In this document: one piece after another, positions 1 to 22,604 of the stretch
How the letters are laid out: the number at the start of each line of letters is the position of its first letter
How positions within the stretch are numbered: position 1 is the first letter of the stretch
DNA from: Salpingoeca rosetta
Taxonomy: Eukaryota; Protista; Choanoflagellata
Reading direction: 5' to 3'
Length of the DNA: 64,000 nt
Assembly (NCBI GenBank): GCA_033442325.1
Contig: JAWQFM010000021.1
Span: forward strand, 1,021,692 to 1,085,691
Made by a program: the position numbers and the translations under genes
The notes under the pieces: model-generated
Database searches by the model: none
Seen by the model: only the letters and a program-made list of their open reading frames with translations
What the model was told of the DNA's origin: nothing

Positions 1-97
1 CGCACAAACAAGACACGTGAGGGAAAGCCTTGGACAAGATGCGTATGACACACACACAGACACACAGATACACCCACACATACGTACACACGTGACT

Positions 98-128
<31 letters not shown>

Positions 129-135
129 GACTCAC

Positions 136-845
136 GTCCACGAGTTCCTGTAGGTGGTTGAGGCTGTTTCGCACGACGGCTCGCAGGCCGTTCACGTTCC
201 AGCTCAGGATCTTCACGGGCTTGTGCTTGGTATCCAGTGGCTTTGGGCGCTGCGTTGGCTCCCGAGGCACACCGGCAGACGCAGCCTGTCATCACAACAG
301 CGGCAGCATGGAGAACGTTTGCTTGGTTGACATCTACATGTCTGCGAGCGCGTGCACACGCTTGTTTGTGTGTGGACCAATGTGTGCAAACCACACACAC
401 ACACAGGCACACACACACACACACACGCATACACACGCGCGCACGCACTCACTCACTCACTCACTCACTCACTCACTCACTCGCTCACTCACTCACTCAC
501 TCACTCACTCACTCACTCACTCACTCACGCACGCACACACGCACACACGCACACACGCACCTTCTTGAGGCTCTGCTTTTTCTTCTGTTGTGGGGTGCCA
601 TCGCTGGCCTGTTTGGTGGAAGCGGAGCGGCTGCTCTTCTTGCCCTTGACCGCCTTCTCCTTCTTCAAGGTTGCCTTCTTTGCACGCTTGGGCGCGTTCG
701 TCTCCCCTGCATCTTCCTCCTCCTGCTGCTGCTGCACGGCTTGCTCCTGCTGATCCTGCTCAGCAGCGGCCTCGTGTTCCTGCTGCTGCTTCTTGCTCTC
801 GGCCTCGTCCTGTTTCGCCGCCACCCTGGCGCTGCGTCGCGGCAT
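136..845 (-). CDS. APEX1: AP endonuclease / exonuclease III family (APE1-like), first two exons; gene continues beyond the window start
   Basis: Exon 845-561 (MPRRSARVAAK..., Lys/Glu-rich extension) splices GT-AG in phase 0 to exon 285-136, which encodes PVKILSWNVNGLRAVV, the N-terminal ExoIII/APE1 signature. Confidence 0.85.
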
Positions 846-1150
846 GGTGATGATGATGCTGTTGCTGCTGCTGCTGTTGTGTCGCTGTTGTTGTCGCTGT
901 TGCTGGTGCTGGTGGTATCCAAGCAACTGTGCTCCTGCTGCTGTTCTGTGTACAGGCCACTGGTACAACTGCACGGCACGTCCCCTCTGCACTGCTCCTG
1001 CTGCTCCTGCTGCTGCTCCTGCTGTTGCTGTTCTCTTCACCACACCGCTTGTCGCCAATCGCCGCACAGCACCACGAACTGCCCTCTGCATCCAGTGCGC
1101 GCTTTGCTTCTTCCTCTTCTCTCTTCTCTCTTCTTCTCCTTTGTTGTTGC

Positions 1151-1162
1151 TTTGGCGGGAAA
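1151..1162. promoter_or_regulatory. E2F-type site TTTGGCGGGAAA in the divergent APE1/BRCA2 promoter
   Basis: Matches the E2F consensus TTTSSCGS on both strands. It lies in the 440 bp between the two divergent ATGs (845 and 1286). Confidence 0.65.
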
Positions 1163-1285
1163 CGCGCAAACCGCGCAAACACACACACACGAACGTGTTG
1201 CAACCCGTTCAAGCCAATACACAACAAACAGCAAACGATACAAGGCGCTGAGAGCAGCACCGACCAACCTAGCAGCGATTCAACG

Positions 1286-11324
<10,039 letters not shown>

Positions 11325-11835
11325 TTTGCGAACATCTTTTGAAGATCAAACATCCACACTCCTTTCCTTGATTTGCGTTCACCAATCTCTTTGTTTGCCC
11401 GTTGGCTTCGGTGTCCGCGTCAGTGTGCTGTGTGCTCTGCAGTATCACGGCTGTATGGCGGTACTGTCGCTCCGTTTACAGAGGCAGAATGGCGCGTGTT
11501 CAGCTACCGTCTTCGCCTCCTCATCTGCGGCCACCCCATCACGGTGAGGTCGCTGCGCTCGCTGCATGCACGACACCAATAAGAAATACGCAACCACGTG
11601 TGTGTCTGTCTGCTTAGTGGGCTGTTGCAAACTTCTGCTGGGCGCTCACATCACGTCCCGCGCGTTGTCGTTTTCGATGTGATATGACCGTTTCTTCGCG
11701 GACCAGGCCACGCTCGACACGACAACAGACCCCACAACACTGCAACTTCCGCCGCTCAACTAGCCAGCCCGTAATGGAACCAACTAAGCGAAGCAGTAAC
11801 AGAACAGAGGGAGGGAGGGAGGGAGAATGTAAGCG

Positions 11836-12287
11836 ATGCAAGAGAACGGTCACGCCGCAACAGCAGGGGACGGCGATGAGGACAGTGGTGGCGGTGGTGG
11901 CAGTGGTGGTGGCGATACGTTCACGTCGCCAATGTCCCCCGAAACCGTTCCCGACGGCGACAACAACGACAACGAGGGTGGCGACAACAGCAATGGGACG
12001 AGTGGTGCTGGGGGTGCGGTGTCGCTGCTGCGGCAACACGGCCACGCTGCGCCGCGCATCTTCGCCACGGCGGTGAGCTGCGATGGGCGCGTTGCCGTCG
12101 GCTGCGCCTTCAGCCTGGAGGTGAACAGGAAGCGGCGGCGGTACTCCATTGCGCTGTACAGCTGCAACGGTGAGCTGCTTGCCGTCACCACGGAGATGCA
12201 GCACATTGCGGCCATGGCGTGGATGGTGGACGGCTCCCACCTCCTCGTCGCCGGACGCGGCGCTGAAGTCCTCTTCCTCGACGCCCT

Positions 12288-12368
<81 letters not shown>

Positions 12369-13152
12369 GTGTGTGTGTGTGTGTATGTGTCTGTGTATGT
12401 GTCTGTGTATGTGTGTGTATGTGTGTGTGTGTGTGCCCGATTCCTACAACTCACCACCTGCTTGCTTATTTTGGCTGGTTGTAGGTTGGAGCGCAAGCAG
12501 CGGCTGTCGATTGGTGCGCCCGTGACGGCGCTCACGATATCCCCAGACGACCGCTTTCTTGTTGTGGGTCTCAAGGATGGACGCATTGTTGTCGCCACGG
12601 TGAGGATGGCCGTGCGTTCTCGTTGTGTGCTTTGGTGACAGCGAGCGTCTGGGTTCGCTTGCCCTCACTCACTCACTCACTCACTCACTCACTCACTCAC
12701 TCATTCATTCATTCATTCATTCATTCACTCACTCGCACCAGCCCGTTGTGCGGGAGGAGCTGAGGGCGACGCGCGCGTCGTCGATTGGGGCGAAACCGGC
12801 GCTGCGGCTCATCTCCCGCACACTCAACACGGCCAAGACAGCAGCGGCAGGGCTGAAGAAGAAGAACAAGCACAAGAAAGGAAGAGGGCAACCAGGGAAG
12901 AGAGGGTCGCAGGAAAGGGAAAGTGGTGTGGAAGCTCTGCAGGAGGAAGAAGAAGAAGGGGTGGAGGAAGAGGAGGAAGAGGACTTAGTGGAGTTTGAAG
13001 AGGATGAGGAGGAGGAGGAAGTGGATGGAGAAGAAGAGGAAGAGGAAGTAAGTGGTGGTGGTGTTCGAGATATCGTGGTGGTGGAATCGAGGGGAAAAGG
13101 AAGCGAAGGTGAAAAGCAGCGTGAGCACCATGTGCCGGCATCAGACGTGTGA
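11836..13152 (+). CDS. WD40 C-terminal region resembling BEACH-domain (neurobeachin/LRBA-type) proteins, plus acidic tail; 5' end unresolved
   Basis: Exons ~11836-12290, 12485-12599 and 12742-13152 join in frame: SIALYSCNGELLA...HIAAMAWMVDGSHLLVAG...PVTALTISPDDRFLVVGLKDGRIVV. No BEACH domain is visible upstream. Confidence 0.6.
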
Positions 13153-13770
13153 GGACAGAGAAGGAGGTAGAGGGAGGTCGATCATTGGTTGTCTGTAATG
13201 GAATGGAAGTAAAACTCAGTCGAGTCACAGCACGGCATGGCAAGCAAGCGAGCGAGCAGGAAAGGGCGATGTTGTGAGTTTGGTTTGCTGGGGAGAAGGG
13301 CAAAATTGCCGAGGTGTGGAAAGTCAGAATTGATGTTGGTGGCTTTGCTTGGTGAAAATTCGCAGGAAAACACACCACAAACTTCCTCCAGCCAAACAAA
13401 ACAAAACAAAGCACACAGTCACCCTAACACCACCAGAACCACAACACCCCAGCCACTGTCCGCACGCACCGAAACGACTCAACACCAACAACGAGGCTTG
13501 ACCTTCCTTCTCACCTTAACCAAAGGCCTGGCACACACACACACACACCACACGCACCGCCTTGGCATTCTCACACCTTTTTGTTTGTGAGTGAAAACAG
13601 CTGTGGCTGAACAGGACAACAAGAACAACAGGACAGAAGCATCACACTCTCGCAGGCTTGCCTTCTGCCTTTGCCTGCAGGCAACAGTACACAGCCACAC
13701 TCTTGCACAAAAAGTTGTGTGAACACACACTCAAGACACCTGAAGGAGCATTCATCGACAACAACAAGTC

Positions 13771-16700
13771 ATGACCTCCCAGGAGCTGGAAACCAAGCTG
13801 GCGGCGATGTTCTGGCTTCACCAGGACGCTAAGGATGAGCTGCGATCCATCGCCAACAACACATGTGGACCAACCTTCAAGTGAGTCCTGCTGAAAATGT
13901 GAAGGGATAGCTGCTTGGTAGCTAGCAAGCGTTTATTTGGACGGGGAGCATGCATACAGTCACGGGTAATATTTACATTCGTGTTTGGTCGCTTGCTCAC
14001 CTCTTGTTCCTGCCGCCCATGCCCCATTTTATCACACCTCAATTTCTTCTCCTTCTTGGACCGCAGAGCGTAAGTCATAGCTGTTGAACTTGAGTGAGCA
14101 TGCATGTGCTGTAGCAACGAAATGTGAAGACGCGATAACGTTGTGGTGATGGTGAACAGTAATGTAATGCGACGCTCATGAGACAGTGTTGCTGTGTCCG
14201 CTCAACTGAATTGACGACTTGCGCAAATGAGGTTATGAGGTTCACAAGAAGAATCAAGTCTCGCGCTCACCGCCTCCTCTTGAACATTTCATTGACGACT
14301 GTGTGCCACACGTTGCATGTGCGCGATCATGGAACACGGTGCCGTGGACACATATGAAACCCGAACGACTCGTGCGCGCGCGTTGGGTGTGGAACGCGAC
14401 ATGACACAACATGACGTTGCGGCTGAATGCGCAACTACAACTTTGTTGCTGCGTGGAACGTGTGACTGAACAGCCCGTACGTTGACTCGCAGCCTGCATG
14501 TTGATGTTTGTATTGTGCTTGTCTGTTGTGTCCGTTGTGCATTGTGTTGTGCTGAGGAAGGTGATGGGAGTGTGTGGTATGTGTTTGTGTTGGTTGGTGT
14601 TGTTGTTGTGGTTGAGCGAGGTTTGTTTGCGCAATTGAGTGCTTGGGTGCATGTGTTGAGGACTCTGTTGGTGACAAGTGTTGTGAGTTTGCGTTGGGTG
14701 ACGGATGCTTGTAGCTGACCCGCTCACATACTCATATGCCTCACGCGCTCACACGAGAGTGTACTGTACTATTGTGGATGATGATGATGATGATGCGCTG
14801 CATACGTTTGGTTTGTGTGCTTTTTGTGTTTTGTTGCTCTTGGGAACCACCATTTGACATGACGTGGCATGGCATGACATGGCATGACGTTGCGGCTGAA
14901 TGCGCAACTACAACTTTGTTGCTGCGTGGAACGTGTGACTGAACAGCCTGTACGTTGACTCGCAGCCTGCACATGCGTTGATGTGTGTGTGTTGGTGTTT
15001 GTGTTGTGATTGTCTGTTGTGTCTGTTGTGATTGTGTGTTGTGCTGAGGAAGGTGATGGGAGTGTGTGTTCGTTTTTGGGATGGTTTGTGTTGTTGTTGT
15101 GGTTGAGCGAGGTTTGTTTGCGCAATTGAGTGCTTGGGTGCATGTGTTGTGGACTCTGTTGGGTGACAAGTGTTGTGAGTTTGCGTTGGGTGACGGATGC
15201 TTGTAGCTGACCCGCTCACACACTCATATACCTCACGCGCTCACACGAGAGTGTACTGTACTATTGTGGATGATGATGATGATGATGATGATGCGCTGCA
15301 TACGTTTGGTTTGTGTTGCTTTTTGTGTTTTGTTGCTGTTGGGAACCACCATTTGACATGACGTGGCATGACATGGCATGGCATGACGTTGCGGCTGAAT
15401 GCGCAACTACAACTTTGTTGCTGCGTGGAACGTGTGACTGAACAGCGCGTACGTTGACTCGCAGCCTGCACATGCGTTGATGTTTGTTGATGTTTGTGTT
15501 GTGATTGTCTGTTGTGTCCGTTGTGCATGGTGTTGTGCTGAGGAAGGTGATGGGAGTGTGTGGTATGTGTTTGTGTTGGTTTGTGTTGTTGTTGTTGTTG
15601 TGGTTGAGCGAGGTTTGTTTGCGCAATTGAGTGCTTGGGTGCATGTGTTGTGGACTCTGTTGGGTGACAAGTGTTGTGAGTTTGCGTTGGGTGACGGAGG
15701 CTTGTAGCTGACCCGCTCACACACTCATATGCCTCACGCGCTCACACGAGAGTGTACTGTACTATTGTGGATGATGATGATGATGATGCGCTGTATATGT
15801 TTGGTTTGTGTTGCTTTTTGTGTTTTGTTGCTGTTGGGAACCACCATTTGACATGACGTGGCATGACATGGCATGGCATGACGTTGCGGCTGAATGCGCA
15901 ACTACAACTTTGTTGCGTGGAACGTGTGACTGAACAGCCCGTACGTTGACTCGCAGCCTACACATGCGTTGATGTTTGTGTTGATGTTTGTGTTGTGATT
16001 GTCTGTTGTGTCCGTTGTGCATGGTGTTGTGCTGAGGAAGGTGATGGGAGTGTGTGGTGCGTGTTTGTGATGGTTGGTGTTGTTGTTGTGGTTGAGCGTG
16101 GTTTGTTTGCGCAATTGAGTGCTTGGGTGCATGTGTTGTGGACTCTGTTGGGTGACAAGTGTTGTGAGTTTGCGTTCGGTGACAGATGCTTACAGCTGAC
16201 CCGCTCACAGACTCATATGCCTCACGCGCTCACACGAGAGTGTACTGTACTATTGTGGATGATGATGATGATGATGCGCTGTATACGTTTGGTTTGTGTT
16301 GCTTTTTTGTGTTTTGTTGCTGTGGGAACCACCATTTGACATGACTTGGCATGGCGACGACATGACATGGCATGGCATGACGTTGCGGCTGAATGCGCAA
16401 CTACAACTTTGTTGCGTGGAACGTGTGACTGAACAGCGCGTACGTTGACCTCGCAGCCTGCACATGCGTTGATGTGTGTGTGTTGGTGTTTGTGTTGTGT
16501 TGTGTCCGTTGTGCATGGTGTTGTGCTGAGGAAGGTGATGGGAGTGTGTGGTATGTGTTTGTGTTGGTTTGTGTTGTTGTTGTTGTTGAGCGTGGTTTGT
16601 TTGCGCAATTGAGTGCTTGGGTGCATGTGTTGTGGACTCTGTTGGGTGTCAAGTGTTGTGAGTTTGCGTTGGGTGACGGATGCTTGTAGCTGACCCGCTC

Positions 16701-19700
16701 ACACACTCATATACTCACGCGCTCACACGAGAGTGTACTGTACTATTGTGGATGATGATGATGATGATGCGCTGCATACGTTTGGTTTGTGTTGCTTTTT
16801 GTGTTTTGTTGCTCTTGGGAACCACCATTTGACATGACATGACATGACACGACATGACGTGGCATGGCATGACGTTGCGACTGAATGCGCAACTACAACT
16901 TTGTTGCTGCGTGGAACGTGTCACTGAACAGCTTGTACGTTGACTCGCAGCCTGCACATGCGTAGATGTGTGTGTGTTGATGTCTGTGTTGTGATTGTCT
17001 GTTGTGTCCGTTGTGCATGGTGTTGTGCTGAGGAAGGTGATGGGAGTGTGTGGTGTGTTTTTGTGATGGTTTGTGTTGTTGTTGTGGTTGAGCGAGGTTT
17101 GTTTGCGCAATTGAGTGCTTGGGTGCATGTGTTGTGGACTCTGTTGGGTGACAAGTGTTGTGAGTTTGCGTTGGGTGACGGATGATTGTAGCTGACCCGC
17201 TCACACACTCATATGCCTCACGCGCTCACACGAGAGTGTACTGTACTATTGTGGATGATGATGATGATGATGATGATGCGCTGCATACGTTTGGTTTGTG
17301 TTGGTTTTTGGGTTTTGTTGCTGGTGGAAACCTCCATTTGAATGACGTGCCATGACATGGATGACATGGACGGTGCGGGCTGAATGCGCGACTACAACTT
17401 TGTTGCTGCGTGGAACGTGTGACTGAACAGCGAGTACGTTGACTCGCAGCCTGCACATGTGTTGATGTGTTTGTGTTGATGTGTGTGTTGTGATTGTCCG
17501 TTGTGATTGTCCGTTGTGCATGGTGTTGTGCTGAGGAAGGTGATGGGAGTGTGTGGTGTGTGTTTGTGATGGTTGGTGTTGTTGTTGTGGTTGAGCTAGT
17601 GCGTTTGTACCTTGCGCAATTGAGTGCTTGGGTGCATGTGTTGTGGACTCTGTTGGGTGTCAAGTGTTGTGAGTTTGCGTTCGGTGACAGATGCTTACAG
17701 CTGACCCGCTCACAGACTCATATGCCTCACGCGCTCACACGAGAGTGTACTGTACTATTGTGGATGATGATGATGATGATGCGCTGTATATGTTTGGTTT
17801 GTGTTGCTTTTTGTGTTTTGTTGCTGTTGGGAACCACCATTTGACATGACGTGGCATGACATGGCATGGCATGACGTTGCGGCTGAATGCGCAACTACAA
17901 CTTTGTTGCGTGGAACGTGTGACTGAACAGCCCGTACGTTGACTCGCAGCCTACACATGCGTTGATGTTTGTGTTGATGTTTGTGTTGTGATTGTCTGTT
18001 GTGTCCGTTGTGCATGGTGTTGTGCTGAGGAAGGTGATGGGAGTGTGTGGTGCGTGTTTGTGATGGTTGGTGTTGTTGTTGTGGTTGAGCGTGGTTTGTT
18101 TGCGCAATTGAGTGCTTGGGTGCATGTGTTGTGGACTCTGTTGGGTGGCAAGTGTTGTGAGTTTGCGTTGGGTGACGGATGATTGTAGCTGACCCGCTCA
18201 CACACTCATATGCCTCACGCGCTCACACGAGAGTGTACTGTACTATTGTGGATGATGATGATGATGATGCGCTGCATACGTTTTGTTTGTGTTGCTTTTT
18301 GTGTTTTGTTGCTCTTGGGAACCACCATTTGACATGACGTGGCATGGCATGACATGGCATGACGTTGCGGCTGAATGCGCAACTACAACTTTGTTGCTGC
18401 GTGGAACGTGTGACTGAAAAGCCTGTACGTTGACTCGCAGCCTGCACATGCGTTGATGTGTGTGTGTTGGTGTTTGTGTTGTGATTGTCTGTTGTGTCTG
18501 TTGTGATTGTGTGTTGTGCTGAGGAAGGTGATGGGAGTGTGTGGTGTGTGTTTGTGATGGTTGGTGTTGTTGTTGTGGTTGAGCGAGGTTTGTTTGCGCA
18601 ATTGAGTGCTTGGGTGCATGTGTTGTGGACTCTGTTGGGTGACAAGTGTTGTGAGTTTGCGTTGGGTGACGGAGGCTTGTAGCTGACCCGCTCACACACT
18701 CATATACTCACGCGCTCACACGAGAGTGTACTGTACTATTGTGGATGATGATGATGATGATGCGCTGCATACGTTTTGTTTGTGTCGCTTTTTGTGTTTT
18801 GTTGCTCTTGGGAACCACCATTTGACATGACATGGCATGGCATGACACGACGTGGCATGGCATGACGTTGCGGCTGAATGCGCAACTACAACTTTGTTGC
18901 GTGGAACGTGTGACTGAACAGTCGGTACGTTGACTCGCAGTCTGCACATGCGTTGATGTTTGTGTTGATGTTTGTGTTGTGATTGTCCGCTGTGTCCGTT
19001 GTGCATGGTGTTGTGCTGAGGAAGGTGATGGGAGTGTGGTGTGTGTTTGTGATGGTTTGTGTTGTTGTTGTGGTTGAGCGAGGTTTGTTTGCGCAATTGA
19101 GTGCTTGGGTGCATGTGTTGTGGACTCTGTTGGTGACAAGTGTTGTGAGTTTGCGTTGAGTGACGGATGCTTGTAGCTGACCCGCTCACACACTCATATG
19201 CCTCACGCGCTCACACGAGAGTGTACTGTACTATTGTGGATGATGATGGTGATGATGCGCTGCATACGTTTGGTTTCACGGTTGTTGTGTGACTTGTATG
19301 TAATATGTCCATCATTGTGCATTGCCTTTTGGCCTTTTGCAGTGACGCGTACATCGACGCCCTTGCTGTTGCTCTCAAGTCCAACCACTGCCTGCAGACC
19401 CTGGAGTACGTTTGCTCTGCCCCGTGCGCTTTCAGGCGCGACATATCGTGTTGCCATTGGCATTCTTCGGGGAATGTCACATCAACCATTTCTTCTCACA
19501 ATCTAATTCCTTGTTCCTCTCTCCTGCAGTTTGAGCCGATTCTGGATGACTGCCGACCGCGCCATCACCATCGCCAATGCGCTCGATCCCCATCGCAACA
19601 TCACCGTCAAGTTGTACGTTCAATGTCCTGTTTGATACGTGCAATGCAATTCGACACCCAACCCCGCGCAGCCGAGCGACTGCGTGACGATGTTGCTGCC

Positions 19701-21896
19701 TGACCCCACACCACTCTTGCCGTTTACCTCGATGCTGTTCTGTTAGTGACGGTGAAAACGAAGATGTGAGACACGCCTTTGACAAGCGCATGAACGAGCG
19801 CCGCCAGCAAAACACGCCGCAACCTTCCCACCCACTACACGCAGCAGTCGCTCCCCCGTCTTCGCCAGGCTCATCGGCCAAGCCTTCGGTGCGTTGTCGC
19901 TCTCCAGTTGAACCCGACCTGTATTGCTCTTCCATTGTGCCCACAAACTCACACGTTTCACGCATTCACCTTCAACATTGTATTCTCATACCAGTCGGAG
20001 ATTGCGCTCAAGAAGAAGCTTCAAGAGAAAAGTAAGCAGCCACCACTGTGCTTCTGTACACAGTTTCTCTGCGTCACCCTGTCTCATGTTTCCACGCCAC
20101 GCCACACGGTGTACCTGACATGACACAGATGCGGAACTCAGTGCGGTTCAACAAGCAAACGCAAAGCTGCAGCAGAACCTCGAGTCAGTCCAGCAGCAGC
20201 TGGCTTCCAAGACGTCCTCCCTCAACGATGCAGGTGAGTGGATGTGATTGCCAACGTCTCCACCGTGTCCTTCCCTCTCTCCGTCCTTTGTCCCGTGCTC
20301 CCCATTTCCTCTCACTACACCTTCCAACTCCCTCATCCGCCCCACCTTCAGATGCGCGCATCGCTGAGCTTGAGCAACAAGTTACTGCGTTGAGTGAAGC
20401 TCTCAGCAACTCTGAAGACATCGTCAAGCACTTTGGTAACGTTGTGCGTGACTGTTGACAGAGGGTGGTTTTTGCGGGGGTGGCTCGCTGCTCTCTTCTT
20501 GGTTTTCTCAGTTGCTTTCCTCCTCACTCCAACCCCATCCCTTCTTCTTGTGTGCCAGAATCGCATTCGCAACAGTTGGCACAGGAGAACGCCTTCTTCA
20601 AGACACGCGTAGAACTCAAGGACAACTGGGAAGAGCAGCTCGGTCAGTGCAGTTCTGTTGGTGGTGTTGATTGCACAACGTCCACTTTAGTACTTGCGTT
20701 GATTGTGCTTGAGATCTGCAACCCACACGGTTCTCGCCTTCATCAATTATCGTCTGCATACCACCTCTTACGTCTGCATACAGAGGGCGTGTTGAACCTG
20801 AACATCCCGTCGTCCCGTTTTGTGGGGAAAGTGCGAGTATTCGACATCAACGGCAAGCCCGTTGGTGGCGCCTTTGGTTCTCTCTTCAAGGCGGAGCTGG
20901 CAGGACAGCCGGTTGCTCTCAAGCAAATGCCCGTCCAGAATCGCCCTCGCCTCTCCGAAATCATCGCATGCGTTGCTGGGTCTGAGGACGTTCCAGACCA
21001 TTTGAAGCAGTTGCGACGCGAGGCGCTCATCCTGCTCTCCCTCCGTCATCCCAACATTGTGCACTTCCTTGGCCTCACCCACGATGAGCAGAGCCAGACG
21101 CTGGCCTTTGTGCTGAGCTGGGCCGAGAACGGGTCCCTCTACGACCTGTTGCACGTGAAGAAGCAGCTGCTTGACGAGCCAACTTGTCTTCGCGTTGCAT
21201 TTGAGGTGGCCTGTGCCATGGCGTTCCTTCACGCCCACAACGTCGTGCACCGCGACCTCAAGTCGCCCAACGTACTGCTGGACGCATCGCTCTCCGCCAA
21301 GGTGACGGACTTTGGCCTGAGCACCTTCAAGTCGGCAGACAAGTCCGTGCTGACACATGGTGGTGGCACACCGCTGTGGGCATCGCCCGAGCAGCTCTTG
21401 GAGGGACAGGAGCTCCGCATGGACACGGACGTGTTTTCCTTTGCTGTTCTGGTGTGGGAGCTGTTCCTCAACATCAAGCCCTGGTACCATGGCAAGTACG
21501 CTGCGCTGGGTGGCGCGAACATCTCCACAATTGCCAGAGCGTATGAGAAGGGCAGATACCTCCCGCTTGACGTTGAGGTTGATGGTCGCAGGCTGAGCGA
21601 TGCGGTGCAGCAGGTGCTTGGTCAGTGCTTTGACGTCAGCGGCAACCGACCATCGTTTGTTCAGCTGCAAGGCACGCTGGGTGGGCAGTACACAGCCGCC
21701 AAAGAACAGCACGCAGTCGATATGGAACAGCAACACGAGCAGCTGCACGGTCCTGCCAGTGCCGCGTGGAAGTGGCAGCCCAACGTCCTCGAACCACTGC
21801 AGTCGTTCATGGTGACTCATCCAACCCGCGCGTCAGTGCGCATTGCTGCGGTTGGCGCTGCCCACGACAAGGCCATCGCCATCGCCAATCAGGTGA

Positions 21897-21956
<60 letters not shown>

Positions 21957-22544
21957 ATTCGTGTGAAGCAATGGGTTGCTGCGACATGTTAATCACGCCC
22001 CTTCATCCCATCCCTTCATCACTCCCTTTCACACTCACCGGTCACCCACTCTTCTCTTGTCTCCCACCCCACAACCACACGACAGATGATCACGGAAGCT
22101 GGCGGCCGCTCAAGTGATGAAGCAAGACATGGTTTTGAAGGTCATACGCTGCGCTGGGTGGCGCGAACATCTCCACAATTGCCAGAGCGTATGAGAAGGG
22201 CAGATACCTCCCGCTTGACGTTGAGGTTGATGGTCGCAGGCTGAGCGATGCGGTGCAGCAGGTGCTTGGTCAGTGCTTTGACGTCAGCGGCAACCGACCA
22301 TCGTTTGTTCAGCTGCAAGGCACGCTGGGTGGGCAGTACACAGCCGCCAAAGAACAGCACGCAGTCGATATGGAACAGCAACACGAGCAGCTGCACGGTC
22401 CTGCCAGTGCCGCGTGGAAGTGGCAGCCCAACGTCCTCGAACCACTGCAGTCGTTCATGGTGACTCATCCAACCCGCGCGTCAGTGCGCATTGCTGCGGT
22501 TGGCGCTGCCCACGACAAGGCCATCGCCATCGCCAATCAGGTGA

Positions 22545-22604
<60 letters not shown>

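Noticed and set aside
929-1285. N-terminal part of the 3480-aa ORF
   Set aside because: It starts at a non-ATG codon and reads through promoter/UTR microsatellite. The ORF's final VCVC run is intronic (GT)n.
14398-19276. CRISPR array, or protein-coding ORFs on either strand of the tandem array
   Set aside because: The context is eukaryotic, with no unique spacers or cas genes. The listed ORFs are low-complexity, shift frame between units and are broken by microsatellite indels.
14398-19276. Box C/D snoRNA cluster (TGATGA...CTGA) or transposon internal repeat
   Set aside because: TGATGA comes from a (GAT)n microsatellite, and no terminal stems, TIRs, TSDs or transposase are visible.
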